Source: a virus (lineage: Duplodnaviria; Heunggongvirae; Uroviricota; Caudoviricetes). Taken from it: DNA of 64,000 bases. Of the stretch, positions 8,196-18,015 are shown piece by piece. The notes under the pieces are model-generated. The model was not told the origin of the DNA, did not search any database, and saw only the letters and a program-made list of their open reading frames with translations. The stretch covers positions 64,001 through 128,000 of the IMG/VR virus record IMGVR_UViG_3300021387_000529. One strand, written 5' to 3'. Numbering within the stretch: position 1 is the stretch's first letter; each line of letters starts with the position of its first letter. Made by a program: the position numbers and the translations under genes.

Positions 8196-9311
8196 ATGAA
8201 AAATTTAGTTCAAAAACTCGGATATGCAGCTGGTGACTTTGGCTGCAATTTTATCTTTGCAACATTAGCAACTTGGTTTATTCCATTTTGTGTTTCTAAA
8301 GGCTTGTCTGTTTATGAGGCAGGCCTTATTATTTTCATATCTAAATTTATTGATGCGCTTGTAGACTTCTTTCTTGGTTACATCATCGATAAAAGACAAT
8401 ACAGAATTAAAAAATTTATGTTAGTTGGAGCGCCTTTAGTTATCCTGTCACTTTTGGCGCTTCAGCTCTCATCAGACTTCCTTTCTCTTTTTGTTTCATT
8501 TACATTATTAAATTCAATCAGTTACAACATTGTAAATATTCCATACAGCACATTAAACTTACGTATGACAGATGACCCAAACGAAAAAGTGTCATTAAAT
8601 TGCTGGCGTATGTTTGGCTCAATTTCATGCATGATTTTAGTAAATACTGTCACTCCAATCATTGGAAACATGCATATTGTAAATGGAATTTTATTTTTAG
8701 TCTTCACATATTTCTGTGCTCTAACATGTAAAGAAAATTATACTCCACAAGCACGCAGTGATATGGTTATTAAAGAAGTTGTTTGTGCAGTTGGCAGCTC
8801 ACTTTCTTTCTGGATTGCTTCAGTAATTTTCTTTATCATCAATTGTAAGCTTACATTGACATTCATAGACTTTGGACTTCATGGAGAAACAGCAGGCATA
8901 AACACACTTTTATTTATGGGGCCATCTCTTATAATGATGTTCATTCTTCCATCAATCTACAAACGCATTTCTAAAAAGCTGATATTAGCATGCGCATTTA
9001 TGGCATCAACTTTAATTGCTGTTTTGGACTTGACACAATATAAAAGCTGTATTTTGATTGATGGTTTTGCATTCTCAATTATGGCTTCACTTTTATATAA
9101 TCTTTATGCTGATGTTTCAGAACACATTGAATACAGAAATGGCCTTCAAATCCAAGCTTTCTTATTTGCAATGGCAAGTATTCTAACAAATCTCGCAAGC
9201 GGTATAACAGCTCTTACAGCTGAATACATCAGCACTGCTTCAATCTGCATCTTAAGCATTGGAACAATCGCTTCATTTATGAATTACATGCACAGTCTGA
9301 ATAAAAACTAA
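8196..9311 (+). CDS. MFS transporter, GPH/MelB-like family
   Basis: KLGYAAGDFG, DA..D...GY.ID, NIPY......T.DP.E...L...R motifs; many transmembrane segments. Confidence 0.85.
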   Translation: MKNLVQKLGYAAGDFGCNFIFATLATWFIPFCVSKGLSVYEAGLIIFISKFIDALVDFFLGYIIDKRQYRIKKFMLVGAPLVILSLLALQLSSDFLSLFVSFTLLNSISYNIVNIPYSTLNLRMTDDPNEKVSLNCWRMFGSISCMILVNTVTPIIGNMHIVNGILFLVFTYFCALTCKENYTPQARSDMVIKEVVCAVGSSLSFWIASVIFFIINCKLTLTFIDFGLHGETAGINTLLFMGPSLIMMFILPSIYKRISKKLILACAFMASTLIAVLDLTQYKSCILIDGFAFSIMASLLYNLYADVSEHIEYRNGLQIQAFLFAMASILTNLASGITALTAEYISTASICILSIGTIASFMNYMHSLNKN

Positions 9312-9321
9312 TTTTCTTATA

Positions 9322-9546
9322 ATGACAGTAGAAGAACGAGTTGAACATCTTAAGTCATCAATCAAGCATAATAAAAAAGTCGCTGATAGAACTCAGCGAC
9401 TTCTTGAAAAAGAAGAATCAGAATTAAAAAAGTTGGAAAAAAAGATTTGTGTCTGTCCAGCTTGCAATAAGACGCAAGAACTCAAATCTTTGAAAGCCAC
9501 TCATATTATTTGTAAATATTGTGGCTACCAAATCACAAAGTCTTAA
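9322..9546 (+). CDS. small coiled-coil plus Zn-ribbon protein
   Basis: CPAC...CKYCG. Confidence 0.6.
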   Translation: MTVEERVEHLKSSIKHNKKVADRTQRLLEKEESELKKLEKKICVCPACNKTQELKSLKATHIICKYCGYQITKS

Positions 9547-10304
9547 AACAGTCTTTCAGGCATCTGGTCCTCTGAAACTGTGTCGATATAATTGTCTTTA
9601 AATATCAACAATGCATCTTGTTTTTTAAGTTCACGTTGAACTAAATCTTGCAATGAATGACTGAACCCTTGAGACTCAATATCTTCAGGTAGCTTGTTCG
9701 AGATGAAAATGCATCCTTTGCCAGAGTTTATTCTTTCACGCAAAAATTCATCAATATATCCCAACTGATTTCCAGATGCCCATACATGGATTTTATCTTT
9801 GCTGAATGCTTCATCCAAAATTAAAACATCACAGTTAAGATAGTCTTCAGCTTTTTCTTTTGCTTCTTCATCTCTTTGAGAATTCCACAAAATATCAACC
9901 AAAGTCTTCATAAGAACATACCTGCAATCAATGCCTTTTCGCAATAAGTCTACGCCAATTGCTTGGACAAATGATGTTTTTTGTGTGCCATTGTCTCCAT
10001 AAACATAGATAAATGAAGACATTACTTTTTCCTTATTTGGGCCAATAAAACAATTATCATATGCAAGAAGACGCTCTGTTTCAGCTTTAGACTTTGTGCC
10101 AACATAGTCTGTTTCGAGAGTATATTCTATTGCATCTTTTGAGAAGCCGCGATTTAACGCTTTTCTTTCTAATTCTCTTTCGAGTCTCCAGACTTTGTGG
10201 TGGTGACACTCATTAATAAGTCCTTTTGGTCCAAGGAAATATCCTTCCGGAATAGACGAACCATCTTTTTTCTTACATTTTCTGCAAGGTATAAATTTCT
10301 CCAT
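9543..10304 (-). CDS. DnaC/IstB-like AAA+ ATPase (helicase loader)
   Basis: Walker A variant GDNGTQKT, Walker B LILDE, FISN; N-terminal CxxC. Confidence 0.75.
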   Translation of the reverse strand: MEKFIPCRKCKKKDGSSIPEGYFLGPKGLINECHHHKVWRLERELERKALNRGFSKDAIEYTLETDYVGTKSKAETERLLAYDNCFIGPNKEKVMSSFIYVYGDNGTQKTSFVQAIGVDLLRKGIDCRYVLMKTLVDILWNSQRDEEAKEKAEDYLNCDVLILDEAFSKDKIHVWASGNQLGYIDEFLRERINSGKGCIFISNKLPEDIESQGFSHSLQDLVQRELKKQDALLIFKDNYIDTVSEDQMPERLF

Positions 10305-10846
10305 ATTTTATGTCCTTTTTCATTCTCAAGAAGCTTAAACCATCTTAATTTATAGCCTCTCTTATAAAAGTTTATAAGGTTGGAATAATTTTCATATTTA
10401 TCAACTGCTTTGAGCTTTGCAGAGTCAAACAAACAATATCTTTTTATCAGATTATCATAAACCACAATATCATTTTGAGTTGATATAACTGAATTAAGAT
10501 AATTTCCACAAATAACAGTGCCATCGTTTTGTTCTTTTTCAAGGAAACGCTTTAGAAATTTTTCTGAGTCTTTTATATCTAAAGAACCAACTCTTTCAAA
10601 GTCTTTTGAAAATTCTTCAAATAAAAGAAGATTTCCAAACTTTACAAGTCTACCAATATCAAACACAGGATAATTTGCATCAAAAAGATAATGTTGATTT
10701 CTCCAGATAATTGTAGTTACTTCTTTCCAAAAGTCATCTTGAACAGACATATCTTTTCCTGTATAGCCTTTTAAAATTCTGTCATTTAAGTCTATACGGA
10801 TAATTCTATAGCTATTCTTAATGTCATCATCAAGATTGGTAAACAT
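10169..10846 (-). CDS. hypothetical protein
   Basis: 225 aa ORF coupled to the upstream gene; 3' end overlaps the DnaC-like gene. Confidence 0.6.
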   Translation of the reverse strand: MFTNLDDDIKNSYRIIRIDLNDRILKGYTGKDMSVQDDFWKEVTTIIWRNQHYLFDANYPVFDIGRLVKFGNLLLFEEFSKDFERVGSLDIKDSEKFLKRFLEKEQNDGTVICGNYLNSVISTQNDIVVYDNLIKRYCLFDSAKLKAVDKYENYSNLINFYKRGYKLRWFKLLENEKGHKIWRNLYLAENVRKKMVRLFRKDISLDQKDLLMSVTTTKSGDSKEN

Positions 10847-11264
10847 AATTATATATTAATTCCTTGTAATCAACATTCTCATCATAATTGATAGACTTAT
10901 GCTGTGTTATTCTCCACCACCAATACCAGTGCTCATTATGGGAGCTCAAGTCTTCACCTGTCAATGGATTTTGAAAATTATCCATTCGTCTGTGAATAAA
11001 TCTTTGAAGCGTTACAACATTTTTTGGATTGTAAATGACTGTTGAGTCTACAGACGCTGAAATAACATGTGCTGGGTCAAGAGCTTTTTGAGAGCCATCT
11101 TTTAAAAGATAGGCTTCTTTCAATGATATACAAAATTGAAATTGGCAGCGCCCTTTATCCCTTTTTCTGACTTGCTCTTTACATTCAGTCCATTTAGGGT
11201 CTTCAGAAGAGCGTCTGCTAACTGAGACTTTATTTGTTTTCTTGCCGATATTTTCTATTGCCAT
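10830..11264 (-). CDS. HNH-like nuclease
   Basis: VRKRDKGRCQ..C, DPAHV, NVVTL...IH..MD. Confidence 0.55.
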   Translation of the reverse strand: MAIENIGKKTNKVSVSRRSSEDPKWTECKEQVRKRDKGRCQFQFCISLKEAYLLKDGSQKALDPAHVISASVDSTVIYNPKNVVTLQRFIHRRMDNFQNPLTGEDLSSHNEHWYWWWRITQHKSINYDENVDYKELIYNYVYQS

Positions 11265-11269
11265 AACAA

Positions 11270-12283
11270 TTAAATAGTCTCAAGGTCTTTTTCGTCAGCT
11301 ATATGAACTGTAATTTTATGTGGAATATATGGAACTCCAAGCTTTCGTTGACTATCAAGAACACCATGGCGAGGAATACATTCTTCAATAAGAGCACAAA
11401 CATCATCATATTTTATCTGATGGTTTGGAAGCATTTCATTCCATTTTTCAAGTTCATCTTTCAATGACATATTCTCAATATTGATTTCTTCACCTTCACG
11501 GAAAATCATTCCAGTGTCAGGGTCAGACTCTTCAATATCAATATGCATTGGAATATCAAAATAAGGCTGACGAGCAAAAGCAGCTATTTCTGTCAAAAAT
11601 GCATAAAAAATATCACGCTCAACTTTGTAAACGTAACATTCGAACGAATCATGCACTGTGTTAAAGACACGTGTGCGTAAACCAAATCGTGTTACAAAAT
11701 TCATAATTGCTGTCACGTCAGGCATTGCCTGATAAACTTCAGCAGTCTGAATTGGAGAGTTTGTTGCATCATTACAGAGGTGAGCAAACTCACTCTTATA
11801 AAGCAAAGCATCAGCCCCAACAACTTCGCCTTCTGCATTTTTCTTCATCCAACGCAATTCAGCAAGATGACGAACTGGTCCTACCCATGAGCGAACATAT
11901 CCATGGACTTTTCCAAATTTCTGTTCACGAGCAGTTCTTTCCAAAAGACATGGATAAATCTTAAAGAAGAGCTCACGAATTTTTGTACCAACGACTGAAT
12001 ATTTTACAGACAATGGGTCAACTTTCTTACCCTTACTTTGGTCAGACAAAATCTTTGCATTTACAGCATTTGCCAAACCAAAGTTATTCATAGCTGTTGT
12101 TACTTTATTTTCATCAAAACCATAACCCTTTAGTTGAACTCCAAGTGAAGGCCCAGAACAACCAAACAAGGCGCCAAAATTGATGCCTTTAGCATCAGCT
12201 CGTGTGCCTTTAAATGGTTTAATTTTCTTGAGCTTCAAGAAGTCATCAAGAGTCATTTCTCTTTCTACAATTTTATATGCCAT
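11270..12283 (-). CDS. polA: Family A DNA polymerase fragment carrying motifs B and C
   Basis: RADAKGINFGALFG (B), GYVRS..G..R, ATNSPIQ, NTVHDS (C); no motif A. Confidence 0.88.
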   Translation of the reverse strand: MAYKIVEREMTLDDFLKLKKIKPFKGTRADAKGINFGALFGCSGPSLGVQLKGYGFDENKVTTAMNNFGLANAVNAKILSDQSKGKKVDPLSVKYSVVGTKIRELFFKIYPCLLERTAREQKFGKVHGYVRSWVGPVRHLAELRWMKKNAEGEVVGADALLYKSEFAHLCNDATNSPIQTAEVYQAMPDVTAIMNFVTRFGLRTRVFNTVHDSFECYVYKVERDIFYAFLTEIAAFARQPYFDIPMHIDIEESDPDTGMIFREGEEINIENMSLKDELEKWNEMLPNHQIKYDDVCALIEECIPRHGVLDSQRKLGVPYIPHKITVHIADEKDLETI

Positions 12284-12294
12284 ATTTTATTAAA

Positions 12295-12672
12295 TTAATT
12301 GAACTTCATTCTCTTACCAAGACGTGCTTCACGCTGCTTTTCAGCTTCTTCTTCAGAAAGAATTGGTGCGCATTCATCAGTTGGAACGTAGTCTTCGCCC
12401 ATATATTCAGTCTCATAGTTTTTCCACTGAGGCTCTTTCATATTCTGAACATACTGGCTCAATTCATAGCAGCCCTGTTTCCAAAGAGCAATCTGCTTTG
12501 CAGCTGACTCAACCATCAAGCGTGAAATGTCAAAATGACAATCTTTATCATGGCGCATCTGTGAAATTCCAGAATCGCGCATAGACTCTCGCAGCATTCT
12601 GACATCATCAAAGTAAGATGATGTGATAACTTTTACTCCATTTTTCTTTGTACGTTTTACATAAACAGACAT
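12295..12672 (-). CDS. hypothetical protein
   Basis: GAGG SD; directly upstream of the polymerase B/C fragment. Confidence 0.65.
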   Translation of the reverse strand: MSVYVKRTKKNGVKVITSSYFDDVRMLRESMRDSGISQMRHDKDCHFDISRLMVESAAKQIALWKQGCYELSQYVQNMKEPQWKNYETEYMGEDYVPTDECAPILSEEEAEKQREARLGKRMKFN

Positions 12673-12742
12673 AGCTCGTGCCTCTCAATATTGTTATTTT
12701 ATTATAAATATAATATTAATAGCATTGATGGCATCTAAAAAT

Positions 12743-12825
12743 TTACTTACCTGTTTAAATAATCTTTAAAAGGGTAACTAAAAAGTTCCCTATAGATTTT
12801 AAATTATATAATAGTAATATGGAGA
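12743..12825 (+). repeat. Dispersed ~80 bp element, copy 1 (contains a hairpin)
   Basis: TTACTTACCTGTTTAAATAATCTTTAAAAGGGTAA and CCCTATAGATTTTAAATTATA also occur reverse-complemented at 38717-38797. Confidence 0.85.
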
Positions 12826-12925
12826 ATTTAAATTATCATAAAATAATATACTAACTAATTTATAATATAAAAATCAACATTACGTTTATATACGAAATCC
12901 AGTGTTGATATGTGGAGACTAGTAA

Positions 12926-14998
12926 ATGGAAAGACTACGTGAGAGCTGGACATTCGGCTCAGGTGATTTCCAGAATAAATGTACTAAGCTTGATGAGTCA
13001 GTTTATACTGCCCATTATAAGATTGTAAAGAAGCTTGATGAAAGCTGTGATACTGCAGCAATCTTAAAAGCAGGACAAAGACTCAAGGAAGCTCTCGGTG
13101 ATGATGATGCTTCTATTAAGCTTTTGGACTCTATTCTTGAAGCACTTAAAACAAATGGCGCTGACAATTCCTTCAAAGTTTGGCGCATTCCTGTCGCTAA
13201 GTATGACCATAAAAATCTAAATGGTCGCATCTACCCTCGACAACTTTGGCAAAATATCCTCGACAACCAGCAAGACACATGGAAAGGTTTGTGTGGACTT
13301 TCAGACCACCCAGAAGGCGATGACCCTGGACTTTTCAGAGACCAAGCTGTTGTATGGCACGATATGGAAATTGGTGATGATGGTGTAGTTTATGGTATTT
13401 GTTCTTTCGTTGGTCCTTTTGGACATCTTGCTCAGGAAATTCTTGAGCATGGTGGAAGAATTGGTACTTCATCATCAGGTTTTGGTGACGTTGACAAATT
13501 TACAAAAATTGTAGACCCAAATACATATCAAGTTGAAAGACTTGCCGACCTCGTTTTGAACCCGTCTCAGGGAACATATGGTTGCTCAGCAGACCCTCAT
13601 GTTTCACCTGAAGATTTTATGAAAGATGTAACTAAACCAGCAGTAATGGATTTTACAGGCAACAAACCTGTAAGAGAGTCAGTAGATAAAAATAATCAAC
13701 CAAGGAGTAAAATACTTATGAAAGCAAATGCAGCAGATACAAACACAAACATTGAAAATGGCGGAGCAACAACAGCAGCTCCAGTAACAAATAAACTTTC
13801 TAAAGTTGAAGAGAAAGCATTTAGACAGTATGTTGAGAAATTTATTGAGTCAGCAAATAACATTGACAATCCTTTGAAGAGATTGAATGAATGTGTTGAC
13901 ATTCTCAGCTGCTTCGAAGAAGGAAATTGTCCAGACCTTAAAGAAAAGGTTGAAGCACAGATTGTAGCTGAAAAAGATAATCTTGAAAAAATCGTTGAGT
14001 CAACAGCAACTATTCAGAATGAATATGGTATGACAGCAGCTGAGTTCAAAGAAGCAGCTGAAAGAAACACAAAACAAGGTATTCTTTTGAATGAGCAGGT
14101 AAAAGACTATAAAGCTCTTGTTGAAGAACTCGGCGAACGCAACAGAGCATTGAAAGAGTCTAACGAAGAGCTCAAGTCTAAAATTGACACACAGACAAAA
14201 ATCACTGAGTCTAAAGTAAAAGAAACAAACAAGTCTGTTGTTGAAGCTCTTACAGAAAATGACGCATTGAAAGAAAAAGTTGCAACACTTACAAAGAAAA
14301 ATGCTCTTCTTATGGAGAGAGTCTCACAGCTCAATCTTTCAAATGACAAGTTTGAAAAAGATAACGGCGTTCTTGAGACAAAATTGAGAGAAGCTGCTCA
14401 GATTATCAAAAATAACAAAAAGCTCAAAGAGTCTGATGAAGCTGACGTACAGAAAATTGCCAAATTGTACAATGATATGAAGACAACTCTTAAAGAAGCT
14501 AATGACAAACGTGAAACTGCTGAAGCTAATTTCAGAACAATTCAGGAAAAGTATTCAACACTTCTCAAAGAATATGCAGATTATAAAGAGCAAGTTAACG
14601 ACATGATGGACCCAACAAAACATGTTATGGAAAACGCTTCTAAGAGAATTGGTGGTTATCTTGGCGCTCTTCGTGAGAATGAAGGTTCTGAGATTGCTGA
14701 GTATATGGAGTCTCTTAAAGAGAAATATGGCGATGTTGTTGAATGCATCCGTGAAGACGTTTTGAAATCTAAGACTTTGAGAGAAGCAACAAATGTATTC
14801 TTGAAAAACCGCAACAAGATTTTCAAAGAGTTTGAAGGTACAACACCTGTAAACCAGGTTTGGCGTAATGAAGCTGATAGAGACAGACTTTATGAGCAAG
14901 CTGGTATGCTCAATCCAAAAGAGTCTTATAAAAATGCTTCAATTGATGAAAAGAACAGCGCATTCAGAGCTCAGCTCGATGCACAGGGACTTCTTTAA
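12926..14998 (+). CDS. Prohead core protease (T4 gp21-like) fused to a coiled-coil scaffold
   Basis: NLNGRIYPR, SDHP, GTSSSGFG and DLVLNPS motifs; long C-terminal coiled coil with LxE sites. Confidence 0.85.
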   Translation: MERLRESWTFGSGDFQNKCTKLDESVYTAHYKIVKKLDESCDTAAILKAGQRLKEALGDDDASIKLLDSILEALKTNGADNSFKVWRIPVAKYDHKNLNGRIYPRQLWQNILDNQQDTWKGLCGLSDHPEGDDPGLFRDQAVVWHDMEIGDDGVVYGICSFVGPFGHLAQEILEHGGRIGTSSSGFGDVDKFTKIVDPNTYQVERLADLVLNPSQGTYGCSADPHVSPEDFMKDVTKPAVMDFTGNKPVRESVDKNNQPRSKILMKANAADTNTNIENGGATTAAPVTNKLSKVEEKAFRQYVEKFIESANNIDNPLKRLNECVDILSCFEEGNCPDLKEKVEAQIVAEKDNLEKIVESTATIQNEYGMTAAEFKEAAERNTKQGILLNEQVKDYKALVEELGERNRALKESNEELKSKIDTQTKITESKVKETNKSVVEALTENDALKEKVATLTKKNALLMERVSQLNLSNDKFEKDNGVLETKLREAAQIIKNNKKLKESDEADVQKIAKLYNDMKTTLKEANDKRETAEANFRTIQEKYSTLLKEYADYKEQVNDMMDPTKHVMENASKRIGGYLGALRENEGSEIAEYMESLKEKYGDVVECIREDVLKSKTLREATNVFLKNRNKIFKEFEGTTPVNQVWRNEADRDRLYEQAGMLNPKESYKNASIDEKNSAFRAQLDAQGLL

Positions 14999-15067
14999 TA
15001 TAAGACAAATGCGTGTGCCTCACACTACAAAATGTGAGGCTCTTTAATCAATAATGGAGAATATAAG

Positions 15068-15871
15068 ATGAGATTGAATTTTGAAAACCAGAAGTTGAAT
15101 GAAGCTATCGGAGCTGATAAACTTTCTGCAGATATTACAAAAGCTCAAACAGAGCTTGAAAGAGCAATGGATGCTGTAACAAAAGCTGCAGCAGTTATGT
15201 ATGACATCATCGTTGATGCAACAGCTATTGGTGGTAAAGTCAAAGAGGTTGTTCCATCACATGTTGAGCAGTCTATTTCGAAGTTGACTGACATTGTAAA
15301 AAATCAGATGGCAGCAATGCTTGATGGTGACAGCCAAGGTTCTTTGAAAGCTTTGGATGAGCTTGTTGGTAATATGCCATCACGCGAATTCCGTGCTAAG
15401 ACTAATGAAGAAGAAATTGCTGAAATTTCTATGAAGCCAAATTTGGCAAATGGCCCACAGTCATCAGTTCTTGGTGGTGGTGCATCTCAACAGCAGCCAA
15501 TGCAGGAAAATGTAGTTCTTGATATGGCAACATTGCGTGAGTCGCTTGGTGGCGATGACTATGATGACATCGTGACTGGAAATGATGACCCATTCGCTGA
15601 GCTGAATGCTGGTCTTGCAAATGGCGGTGATGGTTATGTTTCACCAATTGAAAAAATGGATTTCGTTGAAAGAGGTGATCATCTCGTCGATGACTCTTTG
15701 ATTGCTGATGAGCCTGATGACGGTGAATTAAGCTTTGACAATATCAATATTCCAAAATCTGATGGTTTGGTATATGATGCGCTTAGTGATGACATCGGCG
15801 GAAGTGAAGATATGATGAGTGAGTTTGCAAATGCGCCAGTAACGCCTGATGAATTTGAAGGCCAGATTTAA
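15068..15871 (+). CDS. acidic putative prohead core/internal protein
   Basis: Follows the protease; LNEA and LRES motifs; Asp/Glu-rich. Confidence 0.55.
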   Translation: MRLNFENQKLNEAIGADKLSADITKAQTELERAMDAVTKAAAVMYDIIVDATAIGGKVKEVVPSHVEQSISKLTDIVKNQMAAMLDGDSQGSLKALDELVGNMPSREFRAKTNEEEIAEISMKPNLANGPQSSVLGGGASQQQPMQENVVLDMATLRESLGGDDYDDIVTGNDDPFAELNAGLANGGDGYVSPIEKMDFVERGDHLVDDSLIADEPDDGELSFDNINIPKSDGLVYDALSDDIGGSEDMMSEFANAPVTPDEFEGQI

Positions 15872-15882
15872 TAATAAAAAAT

Positions 15883-15910
15883 AAAACCCTCTCTTTCGAG
15901 AGGGTTTTTT
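15883..15910. terminator. bidirectional terminator
   Basis: AAAACCCTCTC-TTTC-GAGAGGGTTTT between convergent ORFs. Confidence 0.85.
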
Positions 15911-15914
15911 AATT

Positions 15915-16079
15915 TTAACGGATATTTAATTTCCGCTTTAAGAAGAATATGCTTGAGTCAATCGCATCAAGTTCAACCTTACAATCCTCAATTTCTTTAG
16001 GATTTTTTGCTACTGCAAGTCGCTTTCGCCACTTCTCAGCCTCAGTCTCGTAATAATTAAGTTTTTCAATATCATTCAT
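15915..16079 (-). CDS. hypothetical protein (54 aa, not in the ORF track)
   Basis: MNDIEKLNYY...KLNIR*; lies directly after a minus-strand class I promoter. Confidence 0.6.
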   Translation of the reverse strand: MNDIEKLNYYETEAEKWRKRLAVAKNPKEIEDCKVELDAIDSSIFFLKRKLNIR

Positions 16080-16088
16080 ACGCAATAT

Positions 16089-16117
16089 AATATATGAAAA
16101 ACTCTAAAAATATTCAT
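16089..16117 (-). promoter_or_regulatory. Class I promoter variant ATGAAT-N17-TATATT
   Basis: Reverse strand reads ATGAAT...TTTTCATATATTATATTGCGTATG. Confidence 0.65.
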
Positions 16118-16158
16118 TAATCTTTTAAAAAATTAAATTTTTAGAGGTGTTATCTAAA

Positions 16159-16803
16159 ATGGCAAAAAACGCAAAAGAATTACTTGAAGAGTCTATCCAG
16201 GTTTTGGATGAAAAGAAGCAGGCACAAAAAGCTATGAATGGTCTTGCGAAAGATTGTGAAGAGTCTTTGAACATCGACGCGGCTACTGTTAAGTTCTGTA
16301 AAAATGTGTATTGGACAAAAGGAAAGGCATGGGAGCACGGAAGCCCACTTGTCTTGAACAAAGATGAGAAAATTAAAGATAAAACTTCTCAGCTCATGAT
16401 TAAGCTTCGTGACCTCATCTTGAACTTGCGCCGCATCGGACATACAGATTGGCTTACAGATTATTTCTCAGCTCTTGATGGTTGTGGCATCCATATTACA
16501 GTTGATGAGCAGGCTCCTGATGTTTCATCTCCAGATGAAATTGAAGAAGTCATCAAGTCTATGTGTGGCTACCAGCTTGTTGTTGATGAGAATGCTGACA
16601 AAATTAAAGAAGACCATGGACAGCAATCTGAAGACTTAAACTTCGCACCAAAGAAAAATTATGCCGAAGTTCTTGGACTTTACAATAAAATCCAGAATGG
16701 AAAAGATGTTGATGATGAATTCCAAGATAAAATCACACAGCTTGAGATGCTTGAAACAGCATTGAACCTCGTTTATGATGAGGCTCCATCGGAGACTAAC
16801 TAA
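16159..16803 (+). CDS. hypothetical protein (weak resemblance to T4 DsbA/GapR-type dsDNA-binding proteins)
   Basis: GAGGTG SD; helical protein; the resemblance is by eye only. Confidence 0.5.
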   Translation: MAKNAKELLEESIQVLDEKKQAQKAMNGLAKDCEESLNIDAATVKFCKNVYWTKGKAWEHGSPLVLNKDEKIKDKTSQLMIKLRDLILNLRRIGHTDWLTDYFSALDGCGIHITVDEQAPDVSSPDEIEEVIKSMCGYQLVVDENADKIKEDHGQQSEDLNFAPKKNYAEVLGLYNKIQNGKDVDDEFQDKITQLEMLETALNLVYDEAPSETN

Positions 16804-16805
16804 AA

Positions 16806-17024
16806 ATGATGAGCACTGAGTATATTAACAAGCAGCTAGACTTAGTGCTCTCTGATGAGAGCCTAAGTTTAAGCAGTAAGAAAACAATGATAATGTCTTT
16901 AATGAGTGCTTATACTGAAGAAGCAATTGATGACTTTATCAGCAGAAATACAAAAGCATCAAAAGAAGACTTTGAAAAAATATCTGGGTCTATTTTTGAT
17001 GATGAGAAACATCAAAATGGCTAG
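16806..17024 (+). CDS. hypothetical protein
   Basis: ORF coupled to its neighbours. Confidence 0.6.
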   Translation: MMSTEYINKQLDLVLSDESLSLSSKKTMIMSLMSAYTEEAIDDFISRNTKASKEDFEKISGSIFDDEKHQNG

Positions 17025-17853
17025 CCTACTAACTGAAGAAGCACTTTTTCTTAAAAACAAGTATGACTACAATATGCGGCATCTTGCTGTAAATATAACA
17101 GATAGATGCAATATGCATTGTGCATGCTGTTATAAAGACTCAGGAAATACAGACTTAGACATCACAAAAGAGCTAATTGATAAAGCATTATCTTTTATAG
17201 ATAAGAATTGGTGTGTTGACATCACTGGTGGTGAACCAACCTTAAGAATGGACTTAGTTGAATATACAGTTAAACAAGCAAAGAAAATAGGTTGTGCTGT
17301 ACGTTTAGCATCAAATGGTCTTTTTCTAAAAGATATTAAGAAAGTCTTAAAATTAAAAATTGACTATATCTCAATTGGTGTTAATAAATACCATACATAT
17401 TGTGATGAAGTTCAAAAAGTCATAAAAATTTTAGAAAAATCTAGAAAAACAAAAATATTTTTAAATGGAATTTTGGATGACCCAATTTTATATGACCACG
17501 ACTATAGGACTTTTGTTATAAAAGACTATTTAAGCGCTGTTGGTCGTGAAAAAGTAGGAAATCCATACAGATTTAAAGACATTTCATGCACATGTCAAGG
17601 AATTGCGGTTTATCCAAATGGAATAATTTCGCCATTTTGTAACAATGGAAAATGCACATGTGTTTATTGGAATATTGATGATTTTTCTAAAGAACTGGCA
17701 TATAAATATTTCAATGCAGAAAATCGTAGATATTATCATCATGAAAATGAAGACATGAAAGACATCTATTGTGAGTTTAATCTAATACCTGAAAATGAGG
17801 AAAATGATGCCAAAGAAAAAACAAAAAGAAGTAAAGGGCTGCCGATTGTGTAA
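17017..17853 (+). CDS. radical SAM protein
   Basis: CNMHCACC (CxxxCxxC), TGGEP, SNG; C-terminal Cys cluster. Confidence 0.85.
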   Translation: MASLLTEEALFLKNKYDYNMRHLAVNITDRCNMHCACCYKDSGNTDLDITKELIDKALSFIDKNWCVDITGGEPTLRMDLVEYTVKQAKKIGCAVRLASNGLFLKDIKKVLKLKIDYISIGVNKYHTYCDEVQKVIKILEKSRKTKIFLNGILDDPILYDHDYRTFVIKDYLSAVGREKVGNPYRFKDISCTCQGIAVYPNGIISPFCNNGKCTCVYWNIDDFSKELAYKYFNAENRRYYHHENEDMKDIYCEFNLIPENEENDAKEKTKRSKGLPIV

Positions 17854-18013
17854 ATACCGAGTAAATGTTCCAATAAATCAAAATGACCAAACTGGACCTC
17901 GAAAACCTTCATGTTGTTTTGGTTATACAGTCAACGATGAAGTGAGACCAACTGAGTGTGATGGACTTTTTACTAAAACAGACTTTTATATTAAGCATCC
18001 AGAGGAAGTGTAA
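17795..18013 (+). CDS. small Cys-rich protein
   Basis: CxxC...CC...C. Confidence 0.5.
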   Translation: MRKMMPKKKQKEVKGCRLCKYRVNVPINQNDQTGPRKPSCCFGYTVNDEVRPTECDGLFTKTDFYIKHPEEV

Positions 18014-18015
18014 AA

